Source: Phoronis australis
Taxonomy: Eukaryota > Animalia > Phoronida
Reading direction: 5' to 3'
Length of the DNA stretch: 64,000 nucleotides
Assembly: GCA_002633005.1 (NCBI GenBank)
Contig: NMRA01000209.1
Coordinates: 1 to 64,000 of the forward strand
Part shown: positions 25,818-38,589 of the stretch, piece by piece
Numbering within the stretch: position 1 is the stretch's first letter
Layout: each line of letters starts with the position of its first letter
Program-made: the position numbers and the translations under genes
Notes under the pieces: model-generated
What the model saw: only the letters and a program-made list of their open reading frames with translations
The model's database searches: none
Told to the model about the DNA's origin: nothing

Positions 25818-27430
25818 TGACTTGACGCACGTACGTGACGCTAGGTGGTAGAGAACAAGCGGGTATCATTTGATTTTCCTCGGGAATATTTTTTACTCTT
25901 GCGTTTCTGATTGGCTTGTCGAAATCTCAACAGGTAACGCTTTACACAAACTGGCATGACTGATGTAGGAAGTGTAAACGTGCTTTAATTAATTTAGTTC
26001 AAGAATGAATGCCAGAAAATTGTGTTTGCGCCTTTTCGGAGTGCATCTTTCTACTGTCGCTGACTTTTGTTTACATTGCTGTCCTGTATTCACACATTAT
26101 GAATAACACACCGGTCAAATGGGCCAGATGTGTGTTTATTGTACGTGGTTCAAGCACGCGGCTATTAAACATTACTGCAGATACGAAATAGTTGCTGTTC
26201 GACCAGGGGCGAATCCAGGATTTTGAGTTGGGAGGATAGGGCAGAGTATTAGCCAGAATTTTGCAAATCAGACATTTGCACCCCCCAACTACCAAATAGA
26301 ATCTGGCCCCCCTCTAAATCCGCCACTCAGTTACACCACGTGCATGTAGAAGACGGAAAATCGTTCATAGTCCGCCATTTTATTTCTTTGTTGTAAAGCT
26401 AACCAAAGACTGCCGAGGTTACATCAACCAGTGATAAAGCGAGTGTCATTGAATGATACACTCCGGGAACCAGCGAGTACGTATGCCTAAGTCCGCAAAT
26501 GCGCGGATTACTTTCAACTTCCAGAGGTAATTTGAGTCTTATGACTTGACGTACATGTACGTGACGCTAGGTGATAGAGAACAAGCAGGTATCACTTGAT
26601 TTTCCTCGGGAATCTTTTTTACACTGGCGTTTCTGATTGGCTTGTCGAATTCGCAACAGGCAGCGTTCTACGCAAACAAACTGGCATGACTGATTGACTG
26701 AAGTGTAAATGTGGTCTGTCATACAGACAAATCGGTGCTTAAAATTTATGTTCAGGAAAGTGTGAAGCCTAGAAATTGTGATTGCGCCTTTTCGGAATGC
26801 ATCTTTCTACTGTCGATGACTTTTGTTTACGATAGTGTCCTGTATTCATACAGTATGAATAACACACCGGTTAAATCGGCCAGATTGTACATGTATGTGC
26901 TTCAAGCACGCGGCTATTAAACATCACTGCAGAAACGAAATAGTTGCTGCGACGCCACTTGCATGACAAGGCTAAAAATCGTTCACAGTCCGCCATGTTT
27001 TCACGGTGTTGTAAAGCTTACCAATGACTGCCGAGGTTACATCAACCAATGCTAAAGCGCGTGCCACTGCGTGATACCTGCTTGCTGGCAGGGCTAAGCA
27101 CTCGCTGGTTCCCTGCGTGCCGCTAGGTGGGGCGGTAGCCGCGCCAGCACGCAGGTATCACTTAAATTTCCTCTGTAAATTTTTTTACACCGGCGTTTCT
27201 GATTGGCTAGTCGATTCGTCAACAGGCAGCGCTTTGCGCAAACAAACTGGCATGGCTGATGGACTGAAGTGTAAATGTGGTCTGTACAGGCAAACCGGTG
27301 CTTAAAATTATGTTCAGGAAATGTGAAGCCTAGAAATTGTGATTGAGCCTTTTCGGAATGCATCTTTCTACTGTCGATGACTTTTGTTTACGATAGTGTC
27401 TTTATACAGTATGAATAACACACCGTAATA
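25818..27430 (+). repeat. Three head-to-tail copies of a ~550-bp interspersed element; the third runs into the gap
   Basis: The blocks gcgtttctgattggct, gccttttcgga.tgcatctttctactgtcg and gaataacacaccg recur near 25.9, 26.6 and 27.2 kb. Confidence 0.9.
26203..26327. mobile_element. Short CAGGGGCG(G/A)ATCC-type MITE nested in repeat copy 1
   Basis: caggggcgaatccagg...ctaaatccgccact. It is absent at the homologous position of copy 2 and homologous to 51058-51217. Confidence 0.75.
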
Positions 27431-28369
27431 NNNNNNNNNNNNNNNNNNNNNNNNNNNNNNNNNNNNNNNNNNNNNNNNNNNNNNNNNNNNNNNNNNNNNN
27501 NNNNNNNNNNNNNNNNNNNNNNNNNNNNNNNNNNNNNNNNNNNNNNNNNNNNNNNNNNNNNNNNNNNNNNNNNNNNNNNNNNNNNNNNNNNNNNNNNNNN
27601 NNNNNNNNNNNNNNNNNNNNNNNNNNNNNNNNNNNNNNNNNNNNNNNNNNNNNNNNNNNNNNNNNNNNNNNNNNNNNNNNNNNNNNNNNNNNNNNNNNNN
27701 NNNNNNNNNNNNNNNNNNNNNNNNNNNNNNNNNNNNNNNNNNNNNNNNNNNNNNNNNNNNNNNNNNNNNNNNNNNNNNNNNNNNNNNNNNNNNNNNNNNN
27801 NNNNNNNNNNNNNNNNNNNNNNNNNNNNNNNNNNNNNNNNNNNNNNNNNNNNNNNNNNNNNNNNNNNNNNNNNNNNNNNNNNNNNNNNNNNNNNNNNNNN
27901 NNNNNNNNNNNNNNNNNNNNNNNNNNNNNNNNNNNNNNNNNNNNNNNNNNNNNNNNNNNNNNNNNNNNNNNNNNNNNNNNNNNNNNNNNNNNNNNNNNNN
28001 NNNNNNNNNNNNNNNNNNNNNNNNNNNNNNNNNNNNNNNNNNNNNNNNNNNNNNNNNNNNNNNNNNNNNNNNNNNNNNNNNNNNNNNNNNNNNNNNNNNN
28101 NNNNNNNNNNNNNNNNNNNNNNNNNNNNNNNNNNNNNNNNNNNNNNNNNNNNNNNNNNNNNNNNNNNNNNNNNNNNNNNNNNNNNNNNNNNNNNNNNNNN
28201 NNNNNNNNNNNNNNNNNNNNNNNNNNNNNNNNNNNNNNNNNNNNNNNNNNNNNNNNNNNNNNNNNNNNNNNNNNNNNNNNNNNNNNNNNNNNNNNNNNNN
28301 NNNNNNNNNNNNNNNNNNNNNNNNNNNNNNNNNNNNNNNNNNNNNNNNNNNNNNNNNNNNNNNNNNNNN
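27431..28369. other. Assembly gap (N run)
   Basis: Run of N. Confidence 1.
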
Positions 28370-28842
28370 TCAGGTCCAATTTCAAGTGTCAAATTTGGAA
28401 GACGGCGCAATCGTAACGGAACTATGGCTAAGTATAGGCTCTCTCGCGATATCCCGTCGTCTGCTCCACTGTGCAATAAAGAAAATTACTTCATTTTTTT
28501 AAAGAAAATGGAACCTGAGTGACAATGAAAAAACAGAAGCTGCTGGTAAGATGCGAATTTTAATCGAAGCCTTAGTGAATCACTTAGAAACTCATAATTT
28601 TCTCTTTGTCGAACCTTAACTTAAGACGATTTCCAAAGCAATCCCGTCATTATTGCCAACACGAAAAACGGATTTGGTCTTTTGGGCAATTGAAGACTAT
28701 TTTAAATACAACAAATTTGTTACGAACCGATTGCACAAAATATAAAACGTGTAATAAGCATTACAAAAAGAAGTAGGTTTCGCGCGCAAACGCTGTGGAC
28801 CATAAACAAGTAGGTCTCTTAGTATCAAAGTTGGAGTTAAAT

Positions 28843-28903
28843 CGTGGTGGTGTAGTGGTAAAGCATGCGCGCTCTATCCAACGGGTCGTGAGTTCGAGTC
28901 TGT
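28843..28903 (+). mobile_element. tRNA-derived SINE head or tRNA-like relic
   Basis: A-box-like tggtgtagtggt and B-box-like gagttcgagtc at tRNA spacing. No convincing cloverleaf. Confidence 0.5.
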
Positions 28904-29975
28904 GGTATTTTCAGTTTTTCCTGATTGACACGTTTTCCGTGTTTTTATTTTGTCTTTTTTTCTGGGATAATACTTCAGGAATCAAGGAAAATGCTTGATT
29001 TTTAAAGGAAAAAACAGAAAAATTTCCTGGGCGGGAGGAGGGCAAACCCCCTTCCGACCTCCTCCCATTCGGTGCTATGCGCATCTACAATCGTGGTTTG
29101 CGCAAATGCTTAAAGACAAACTGTTGCTCCCCTTGTGATATCCTAGATCCTCCACTGACTTTACAGCACTTAAAGGGATATTGAGCCCTGTTTTGGTGAT
29201 TTGAACCAATCCTCGTTCTGTCACTCGCCATTGCATCACTGGGTCATCTTGAAAGATAAATGCAAGAATTAACTAAAAACGCACACACCCAATCTCACAA
29301 ACTGGACATTGTGCTCCTTGGTGGGTGGTCTCTTCCCAAAATTGCCGTGTAATTCAGAGTGTCGTGCTTGCCCGTTTAGCGGACTTTGGAAGAAGCTTGG
29401 GGGCTATCGAGGGTTGTTTCAGAGAACTGGATGGGAAAATCGTTTTCAGTATCTGTTATAGGGCAAAACCAGTTTTGGTATCCTTTTAATTCACTGTAGG
29501 AGCTTTGATCAACTTTCGTGATATCATGGGGAGTTAGCGACACCGCGTTTCCCGATTGATATCGAGAAGCATTGTCCAACTACAACGCTACGGTGAAACC
29601 TCATTAATTCTAGTACATGTATTTCGAAAGTCGAAATGTGTGTTCGAAGCTTAAAGCTAAGCGTACATCGACAAGGCAACTTGCAGACTCCGCATATGTC
29701 AGTTTCTAACAACGCGTACACCAGTAATTTAGCGATTGTGAGAAACTAGGCAGTCCCAGTTAACCCCCAGTCACGTATGCGCACTCATCGAAAGCGACTG
29801 GCAGTGACTGGGTCAGTGTAACCATTGAAAAGTACGGTAGAAGGCGCTTGTAATCATGTGACTTACATGCTGACTTTTGTGTATTTGCCACTGTAACTTA
29901 GATATTTGGGTAGATATATACTTTCCACCAGTATTCCTTTTTATGCAATAGACCATCTGTTCATACAATCCTAAA

Positions 29976-31640
29976 AGGAGAATGCCACCCAAAAACAACC
30001 TATTTTGTATCAATTTATATCGAGTAATTTTACTCGATAACGGAACGTTCGGTTGCGTTACCTGACACCTGACGGCAGACGGAGGTGTTGAAATTATCCA
30101 ATGACGTCATTGGTTTCACACGCAGTCTGTTCAGCAGTTTACAACACGGGTTACTGGTGTTAGCTCATGGGTTGAATTCATCGTTTAACACAAATAAATC
30201 ATCAAACTTCGATGTAAATCTCTTAAAAATACATCGAGTTCTTATAAAAACGTGTTGTTTTATTTCGCTGTTACGGATTTATTGGTATTTGGACACACTG
30301 TAGCCTACAAAATTCGGCAGGCCAATTTACTAAGGTCCGGGGTAGGAGCTTGGGGTCTGGAGATAAATTCGAAGTATTCTTGCGTGAAATACAGACAAGA
30401 GAACCTAGATCTGTGTGGTTTAGACTTGTGATTTTTTGAGTTCTAAACACACAAAACGCTCGTTATCCCGGCCAGTGGCTCGGAACCAGATCAGGCCCGT
30501 TACTGCCGCCGGGACTGGCACGAACATAAACCAGCTTGAGTTGGAAACTAATCCTCCAGTCACGAAAAGACTATAGTGAGCCAAAGAAATAATGTGCACG
30601 TAAGTATTTATGTGAACTAGCCACGAAAGTGAAAATCTACTTGCTTGTCGGGGGCCGCGCCGAAGTCTGGTTCCTCTTCCACAGACAAAGGTTGTACAGT
30701 AACAATGATTTGAATAATGTATTTGTATTTCTAAATAAAGGTTCCCCTAACACGTGACCATAGCATATCATATCATATGAAAATCGAGTAATTGTTTCAC
30801 AAGAGCTTTCTGTCAGCTAACACTGAATTAGCATGCGCTCACACGGCCTCGGTGCCCGGTCAAATACCTTTATTGCCGGCTTCAAAAGCCGGTAACGCAG
30901 TGGCTTCTCAACATTTTCACTCACGAATACTGCAAAGGCATTACAAATTGTATCTAATGAGACAGACTTTGTTTCAGTTTTATATAAGTATTGGTTAGGA
31001 TGAGAATAATTCATTTCGAAACACAGCGCAGAAAATATACGTCTACATGGCAACTCGCCCGTCGCTAATCCCGACTTAATCAAGAGCTCATCCAACGAAG
31101 ACTTCACGAGTCGGATCGTATACATGTAGGTTTCACAGGCTATCTGTTCCATGCGAACCAGAATACACTGATCAAGAAATACTAGACTGGTGCCGTGAAC
31201 ATGCACAGGCAGTGGAATATATGGATAGTTCTTTGGTATGCCGGAATTCGTCAGAGAAATCACTGTCGACGAAATGCTGGCCACAGACACGGAGATGTTT
31301 CACGGCCTCATACTTGCTATTAATAGCGTACCTTTCATTCTTCACTACTGCGAGACACTTTCTAAGCATTTCGGGCTCTCGATGAAGTCGAAAAAACGAT
31401 ATACCCGCTTTCTTCGCAGCTTCATAGTTTGGACAAGCTGGAACGATGCACGGCCGCAATATAACGGCATTCACTCTGCAGACGAACCACTGACGTCGCT
31501 GCGTCGTTTCTCACCTTCATGAAAGCGTTGACGCGACACCTCTCGCCAATTAAGGTGAGGTCGACCGTATAAGAGGCGATGTGGATATAGACCGATTAAG
31601 AACGGTAAAAAAGACTAATTAAATCGGGTGGCATTCTCCT
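29976..31640 (-). mobile_element. Kolobok-like non-autonomous DNA transposon with a THAP domain
   Basis: Perfect 15-bp TIRs aggagaatgccaccc / gggtggcattctcct. Flanks TAAA / TTAA. Internal THAP ORF at 31172-31474. Confidence 0.82.
31172..31474 (-). pseudogene. THAP zinc-finger domain (transposase N-terminal remnant)
   Basis: CIVPAC...GISFFRL...LRVCGQHF.DSDF keeps all four C2CH ligands. The conserved Pro and Trp are substituted. Confidence 0.8.
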
Positions 31641-31939
31641 TTAAGATCACGTTTTGAGTAAACATCCATTTCATCGAGTGCATCGTCCGCAAAATCGGTC
31701 CAAGCCATAGACATCACATTATGATGAAGTCTTTGGTCCAAGCATTCACCATTTTGTTGTGTTTTAGTGTAAAATTAGGTCATGTGACCATCACATGGTC
31801 GTTAAAAGGCGTCCACTAGTTGCAATGAGGCGTACATCAGGGTAGACCAGAGAAACTGAGTGGAATCAGTGATAAGAAAGTAGAACATGTGCAACTGACG
31901 ACAACCGAGCGATCAGCTGTACGCTGTCAAAGGTATGAA

Positions 31940-32335
31940 GACGCACACCAGACTCGCAAACTGACCAGTTTCCGTCCATTGCTCTCAGTTGTCGGGTGTA
32001 ACGCAATCTACCATAAAGGTATTTTGCTGTGGAACTCATTGTGATCAGTAATGAGACAATGTACTGCCTTAAATAAATTCGCCACTCATGCTCATGATTT
32101 TTTCTCTGAGACCTGCTCTTGCGAAAACTGCTACGGATGTATACCGTAACTTTTGTATTTATATTTATGTTTAAGTTCTGTATATTCTCTGTACTGTAGA
32201 ATTAGCTTGTATTTTAGTTCTGTATTTTCATTTTATAGATTTTAAATTTGTCGGATAATAGCAGTTGTGCTAACGGTTTATTTTTAAATCTCACCGACTT
32301 TTAATTAAATAATAATTCTTACTACTACTACTAAC
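31940..32335 (+). mobile_element. 5'-truncated CR1/L2-type LINE 3' end
   Basis: HQTR...IYHKGILLWNSL resembles the ORF2 C-terminus of CR1/L2 elements. It is followed by an AT-rich UTR and a (tac)n tail. Confidence 0.55.
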
Positions 32336-35300
32336 CTATTTACAGCTGGCAGTGTTCAGTTTTTAGGCCGATTTACGCTAGGCTAGAACACTATGCTCAT
32401 CAACGTATTTATCCTCAGTAACAGTCAGTGTTCAGCGTCCGCTATCTAAATGCCCACTTGCCTTTTTACTGTAACACGGGTCCGAATGATTTTTTTTTCT
32501 AAAAAATTTACGGTATTGCTAAAATATTGCTAAAAACTCAAGTACCATTCTTTTCCAAAAAATTGCCGACTTCACCCTTTAACACTAATTTAAAGCCCCT
32601 ATAACTGACCATTTCATTCAGGACAATGACTTGTATGTGGATCCTTTACCCGGAAATACCCCCGGGCCCCTTTGAAACCCTAATCGACCCCTGATTAACT
32701 TTTATGTATTATGCAGCCCTCAGGTAGTATGCCAAGGAAACTGGCGACAGGGATAATAAATCAACTCAAATGAATCACGAGGCAATGCGTCGTAACCACG
32801 TGTCAACAAACATTTGTTACGTCGATTACTTTGCCAAACCTGGTTTTGACAGTGGGATATTTACGTTTCGTAATGCATTCGTGCATTGGTTTAAGCACTG
32901 TCAAACTGGTGTGTATGATAATATGTTATGACACAGCGACGTGATTAGTTCTTGGAATTGTTTACGGACGATTAACATGTCGCGTGTTGTTGCCAACGGT
33001 TTCACACCAAGTTCTTCCGCTCTTGAGTCACTATTGATAAAAATCATCTCAAAATATCTGGCCAGGCTTTATGTGCAAGCTTTGTGGTACATGTACATGT
33101 ATAAGTAAGTTCGGTCGTCACATTATAGGGATCTGGGGCTTCACAAAAATCTCCTTGAGAGGCTCCGTTTAGACTATTGGTAAATATTGTGAAGCTAGGC
33201 CATTTTTGGTGAAAACGAGTCTTGTTTTTTATCAAAATCTGTTTAAGAACGAGTGACTCGTTATTGTCAAGACCAAACTAAGGGACTATTTAGAAAGAAT
33301 GCCGATACTAAGCCCAAACATGTACAGTGCATAGAAAGCGTTGCTTTCCGTCTGTGTATCGCGTTTGGGTGCGAGTAGCCTACTAGTTAGGAAACCAAGC
33401 TTTTAGGAGTCCTAACACGTATTTCCGCTGATTCATTGCCTGGGTGCCCTTCGTTGCCACGGATGCTCATGTGAGCGAAATTGAATCTGAAAAATGAGGT
33501 TGACTTAACTCTCAGTAATTATCATATGTACATGTACAAGCATTTCCATCATGAACTAATTCGCTCCTAATCCAAACTGTGCAGACATTGTCTCAAGAAC
33601 ATAATTTTCACTAGTTGAACATGGCAATTAAAAACACACATGTATCATAAATGCTCTTTGTTTTTTATATTTGCACATATCCCATCTTCTGCCTCTCCCA
33701 AAAATATCAAAATAAGATTCACTTACTTGTCAAAACATTAGGCGGTTCTTGTATTGCTTTCGGTCAATACACGCAGACCAGGGAATTGCCAGCTACAGTA
33801 CGCTTGGTCAGGTTGTTTACGAACGCCACGCATCAGAAATCCTGCTTAGCCCTCTAACCACCTCATTACGGTCACCAATATTGTGCAGTATGCCTCTCAT
33901 GTGGATCTTGGTAAAGCTAGCTTTAGGAGAATATATTGCGAGTACTTTCCCCCGGCAATAATCTTTTTTTCTTGCATATCTAAATTAGTATTTTAAGCTA
34001 TTCCTTAATCATTTTCCACGTTTTAAGTTGCACATTTTCTTAAAAATGATGTTTTATGTATTGGACTGATACAAAATTTGAGCAGTGAATGGTGCTATGA
34101 ACAACATTATTAGCCGATCAGACATGAGACACTGGATAAGTGCGCGGTAGATGTAGATTATATCAGGGAAACGCGGGATAATTATAACTCGTGAAAACAT
34201 AATTTTGCTTATTTCTCTAATGTTAAAAGGGATATGGTAATAATTGAGCAACACCAAGAGGGGAAATAACACACTTAAATCAAGACAACAACAAAATAAA
34301 AAAAAAAAAAAACTATAAGAGGATTCCGAGAATTTTCGCTATGTTAAACCACGTTTCAATTTAGGTCAAAGTAAATGCGGAAAAATGCAAATCATAATTT
34401 CTGGAATTCACTGCAGAATTTTTTTCACGATATTTGCCTTGCTGGCTTTCTACTATGAATTGACGAGTGACTGGTTAGCAGCCTCTGCTGGTGTTCTTGT
34501 ACTGCAATGCCCTGAACCATGAGTCAGACAACCTAAATCAGATCCCTGTGTGTCTATTCAAAATAACAAAACGGTGATCTCTGACAACAAGTTCACTAAA
34601 CCAAGAACTCCCTCTTTCCCAAGTAACCTCACGTCTCGAACGAGACGGCCAGTGCGGAGAATGAACAGTTGATATTTGGTGTTTTGAAAAACAGTGGTTT
34701 GCCTGGTTGAGCTACTTAAAAAGTGCTATACGCTCGTCCCAATAGCCTGTTGCAATCTTGTCTCCCGGACACATTCCTTAGCGTCGTGTTGTACATGTGC
34801 ATATATTGTTCTGCTGATAAGACTTCCAGTGGAGTATCAGTTATACTATGGTGTGCTTGTAATATAATCAGAACGTTGTATTTCCCCATATTTTGCATCG
34901 ATCATACATTTAGTTGCTTAGTTATCCACGCCGTTTGAACAAGTTTTCATAGGTATAATTTTCCCGGTGACTTATAGATGGCGCTGTAAGGTCCCTACTT
35001 GACTCGAATGGCGAGTCAAAATGCGCCAAATCCTCAGTTTTCACCCCAAAGATACCATTTGCATGCATTTAGTACGAGCTGAGAGACAATGAATATAGTG
35101 TAGAAACTCTCCAGATTCGAGAAATCACTGGTGAAAAGTGGGCTTCGACCTGCCACATTTTTCACAAATCCAAACATTCTGAAAAGTATTTGAATTTCCT
35201 GCTCAATTTCAACATCCCGCTTGCAAGAGATAAAGGCTTAAGAAAAAGCACAGTTGAGCAAAAAGTGGGCCAAGGGGACAACAGCTGACAATCTTTCACT

Positions 35301-35559
35301 TAGAACAGATAAAAAATCAGGCAAATGACATTCGCAGCCTTTACGTGCAGCACAGAACTTGAAATGCCCAGCCAACACAGCAGCTGCCAATTTTGGGCGA
35401 GCTAAATTCAACTGTGGCTAAAAATACTAAGGAGTGTCACCTTATATGCGCGGTGACGTTTGTCTATCTTACTCTGCCAGGGCTCAAGCGTAAGCATAGG
35501 TTATAGCTTTTTAGTTTTTGAACAAATAAGACGTCAGCGACAGGTTCCCAACTTTAGAG

Positions 35560-35985
35560 ACAGAAAACACGCATTAATTCAATTATTCCCACTAATCGTT
35601 GCGCCACCAGCGTGAATTTGCACCAAACACGCATTTAAACTAATTCACCCATTCCCTCTAATCGCTGCGCCACCTACAGGCGAGCCATTGACTCTCAGTT
35701 CTTTCATTCTCACAATGCCAGTACAACTTCAGATGGCGCTACAATTGGTAGAATTAGTTAAATTAGTTGAACAGATCATATGTGGATCAGTTGAAATAAC
35801 TTGGGATTAGTTAGATTCAATTAAAATCAACTAATTCAACTAATCCCAGTAATCGCTGCGCCACCTGCGGGAAGGTAGATAACGTACATGATGTCATCAA
35901 CCGGCTCACAATTTCAGAGACACCAAACACACATTTCAACTAATTTAACTATGCCCATTTATCGCCTAGCCACCTGCGGGACAAG
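35560..35985. repeat. Degenerate tandem subrepeats containing gcgccacc
   Basis: ccc..taatcgctgcgccacc-like units near 35588, 35655, 35845 and 35955. Confidence 0.75.
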
Positions 35986-38589
35986 CTGACAACAATCATG
36001 ATGTCAACAACAGGCGTTTATGGTGATGGCAGAATACGTTGAGAAACAGGGATTAGTTGGGTACAACAACTCTGACACGTATGCCTGCTTCAATAACTGT
36101 CGGAAAAGAAAAGGCAAGGACCTCAAACATCGAACTGAACCTCGGCCGGCTATTTCGAAATTTACAACTGTTAACAGCTCCTTCATTACTTCAGAATACA
36201 GAAAAATCACCTATCGAAAGTTATTGCAAAAATAACAATTTGAAAAATGTAGTCCTACATGTGTTTTTACTTGCGAATCATACAAATTCCATTCAATGCC
36301 AACTAACTGTACGTGTGGCGGCCACTTTGTTGTTGCACCACAAGTGATTTCCAATCATTTTTGAAAATTTTGCTTCTTTTGAAACTTATGACTATTTCTT
36401 GTAAGGTACATTGTAATAATTTAGGAATTAGAAGTACATGTAGGTCTGCGGTAGTTTTCTTTTCTCGTGACTATTTTTTTCTGGAAAAACAGGGGTCTGT
36501 TAAATAAAAAGTAACTTAGGACTGAAGTCAGGAAATGGATTTTACCTTTCACCCAACCATTTCTCAAAATTAACTCAATCTCACCTCTTGAAATGTACAA
36601 ATTACCTGAGAGCAAACATTGAAATAATTTCTAAACAAAGTGTCTTGTACATGTATATGCAGTCTGACTGCAATGCGCTAAACCTTCTTAAGCAGTTGCA
36701 AAGTGGGAGCGTATGACCAAATTTCTGTTCGAAGTGTTATGTCACTGCCGTAAATCAGATCAAAGGCGTCAGAAGTTTGTCTAGCTGTTTTTGTGGGTTG
36801 AAGTGCCAAGACACAAAATTCCAGCTCGGAGTCATCATGCGTGCTCGACCGTCTCGACCGACCTTTTTCCGGTTTTCTCCGCCTGTCCTTCGCAGACTTG
36901 TAAGTGTAACTTCAGTAATTATTTTAAAGTCAGCTCAAAATCAATCGCTGTGTTCGCTGTTTGTGTTATTAGACACCCAGGTGAATGTTTATGCCCGGAA
37001 ATTTATGTATGACTTATTCACTGCATTGAGTGGAGATACTTTTAATGTTCAAAAATCGATTTAAACTAGTTGCCTGAAGGCTTTGAAGATAAAATCAAAA
37101 GCAGTCCAACTCAGCTTGATTTTGTATACACCTACAAGACTACTAGCTGCCAGTGACATTTTAAGCCGTTTAAATTGAAGCAGAAAACTGCTTTTATTCA
37201 ATCAACTAGTTCAACTTTGTTTCAGGCCACGAGACCAAAGTACATGTACTATCTCTGGAAACCGATTTATTAAATGCTGCAAGCCCAGTCGAATAAAACA
37301 AACGGCTATGGCAGAAGCAACGAAATTTTGAACACTGCGTTTCTTTCCATAAGTTAAAACAACTACATAGGAAACTTGCAGGATGAAAATTCGATTGTTC
37401 ACACTGAAAATTTACAGTTCGTACTAACACTAAATGGCTACCTTCATGAATAAGCTAATTGAATTAGTTGCTTGCAAAATTTGCAATACACGTTATACAC
37501 GTTCCTTAACTAATTCTGGTGCGTGAACTCTACAAACGCACAAGGAAATATATATATATCCTTCTTTTGCGCATATGACTTTAGTGTCTACATGAACAAT
37601 AAGAACATGACATAATTATCTAGTTAATCTTAGGAACATGATAATTTTCTCTGATATCAACATTACGGTAAATTGTCTTACTCTTTATCGTATGTGTATT
37701 CTAGTCCCTGGTCTTAAAATAGGCGTCTTTCATTCCAATGGTACCAGGCTTAAATGAGTACGCCTTGCAATGATACGGTGTATCTTGTACCGGTGCATGT
37801 ATTGAATAAGCAGCAACTACAGTCAAACAACTTTTGATTCTGGTCACCTTTTTGTTTGTAGAGCAACAAATGAACGGGTAAGCAGGCCACTCAATCTTCT
37901 GTCATTTGAAAACCATGTGATCACCGACGCATTTTGGTTACAATGTCCTTTTTTCTATTTTAATTCGAAGTAGCTATTCGCGTTGCTAAATTGCGTTGGG
38001 TTTGCCAGTACCAATATGGCGACTCCTCGTTAGAAGGTCTTACTTGCTTCCTTATTTTTCAATGGAGTTTCTGGGCCAGGTGTTTAACCTTAATACACCA
38101 AATGGAACTTGATATTTTTGTTGTCATTTTCCATTTTACTTTTGGAACTAAAGACAAGTGCTTCATATTCTCCGCTCGAGTGCATAATGGTTTACGTGGA
38201 AGACCGTCTGTTCCTTGCATACACATGATGACCTCAGCATTAAAGCTATACATTTGAGCTCATAGCTCGAACTTAGTTACCATCAAGTGGAAACGAGGAC
38301 AAGGAACTCGTAAGGCTAAACAATAATGCACTCGAGGGTAGAATAATATATTCGAACTTACACAAAAGTAGGACGAAAATTGTCATGAAACATTTCGAGT
38401 ACAAGGATTACACCCCGGAATCCGATCAGCAGTTATCGAAACATTCGTGCACATTGATCTGCTGTAATAACAACGCAAGGATTTTTCAAAGTTGCTTTTA
38501 CGTAAACAAGTCAATTAACACGTCACTCTATATCTTTATCGCTCATAACTTCATTTTGTGCATGTAGAACAACAACTGAACGGAACTGC

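Noticed and set aside
27388-28476. Long ORFs of 327-362 aa
   Set aside because: Poly-X artefacts of the N gap.
28843-28903. Functional tRNA gene
   Set aside because: A and B boxes are present, but the acceptor and anticodon stems do not pair convincingly. A SINE relic is more likely.
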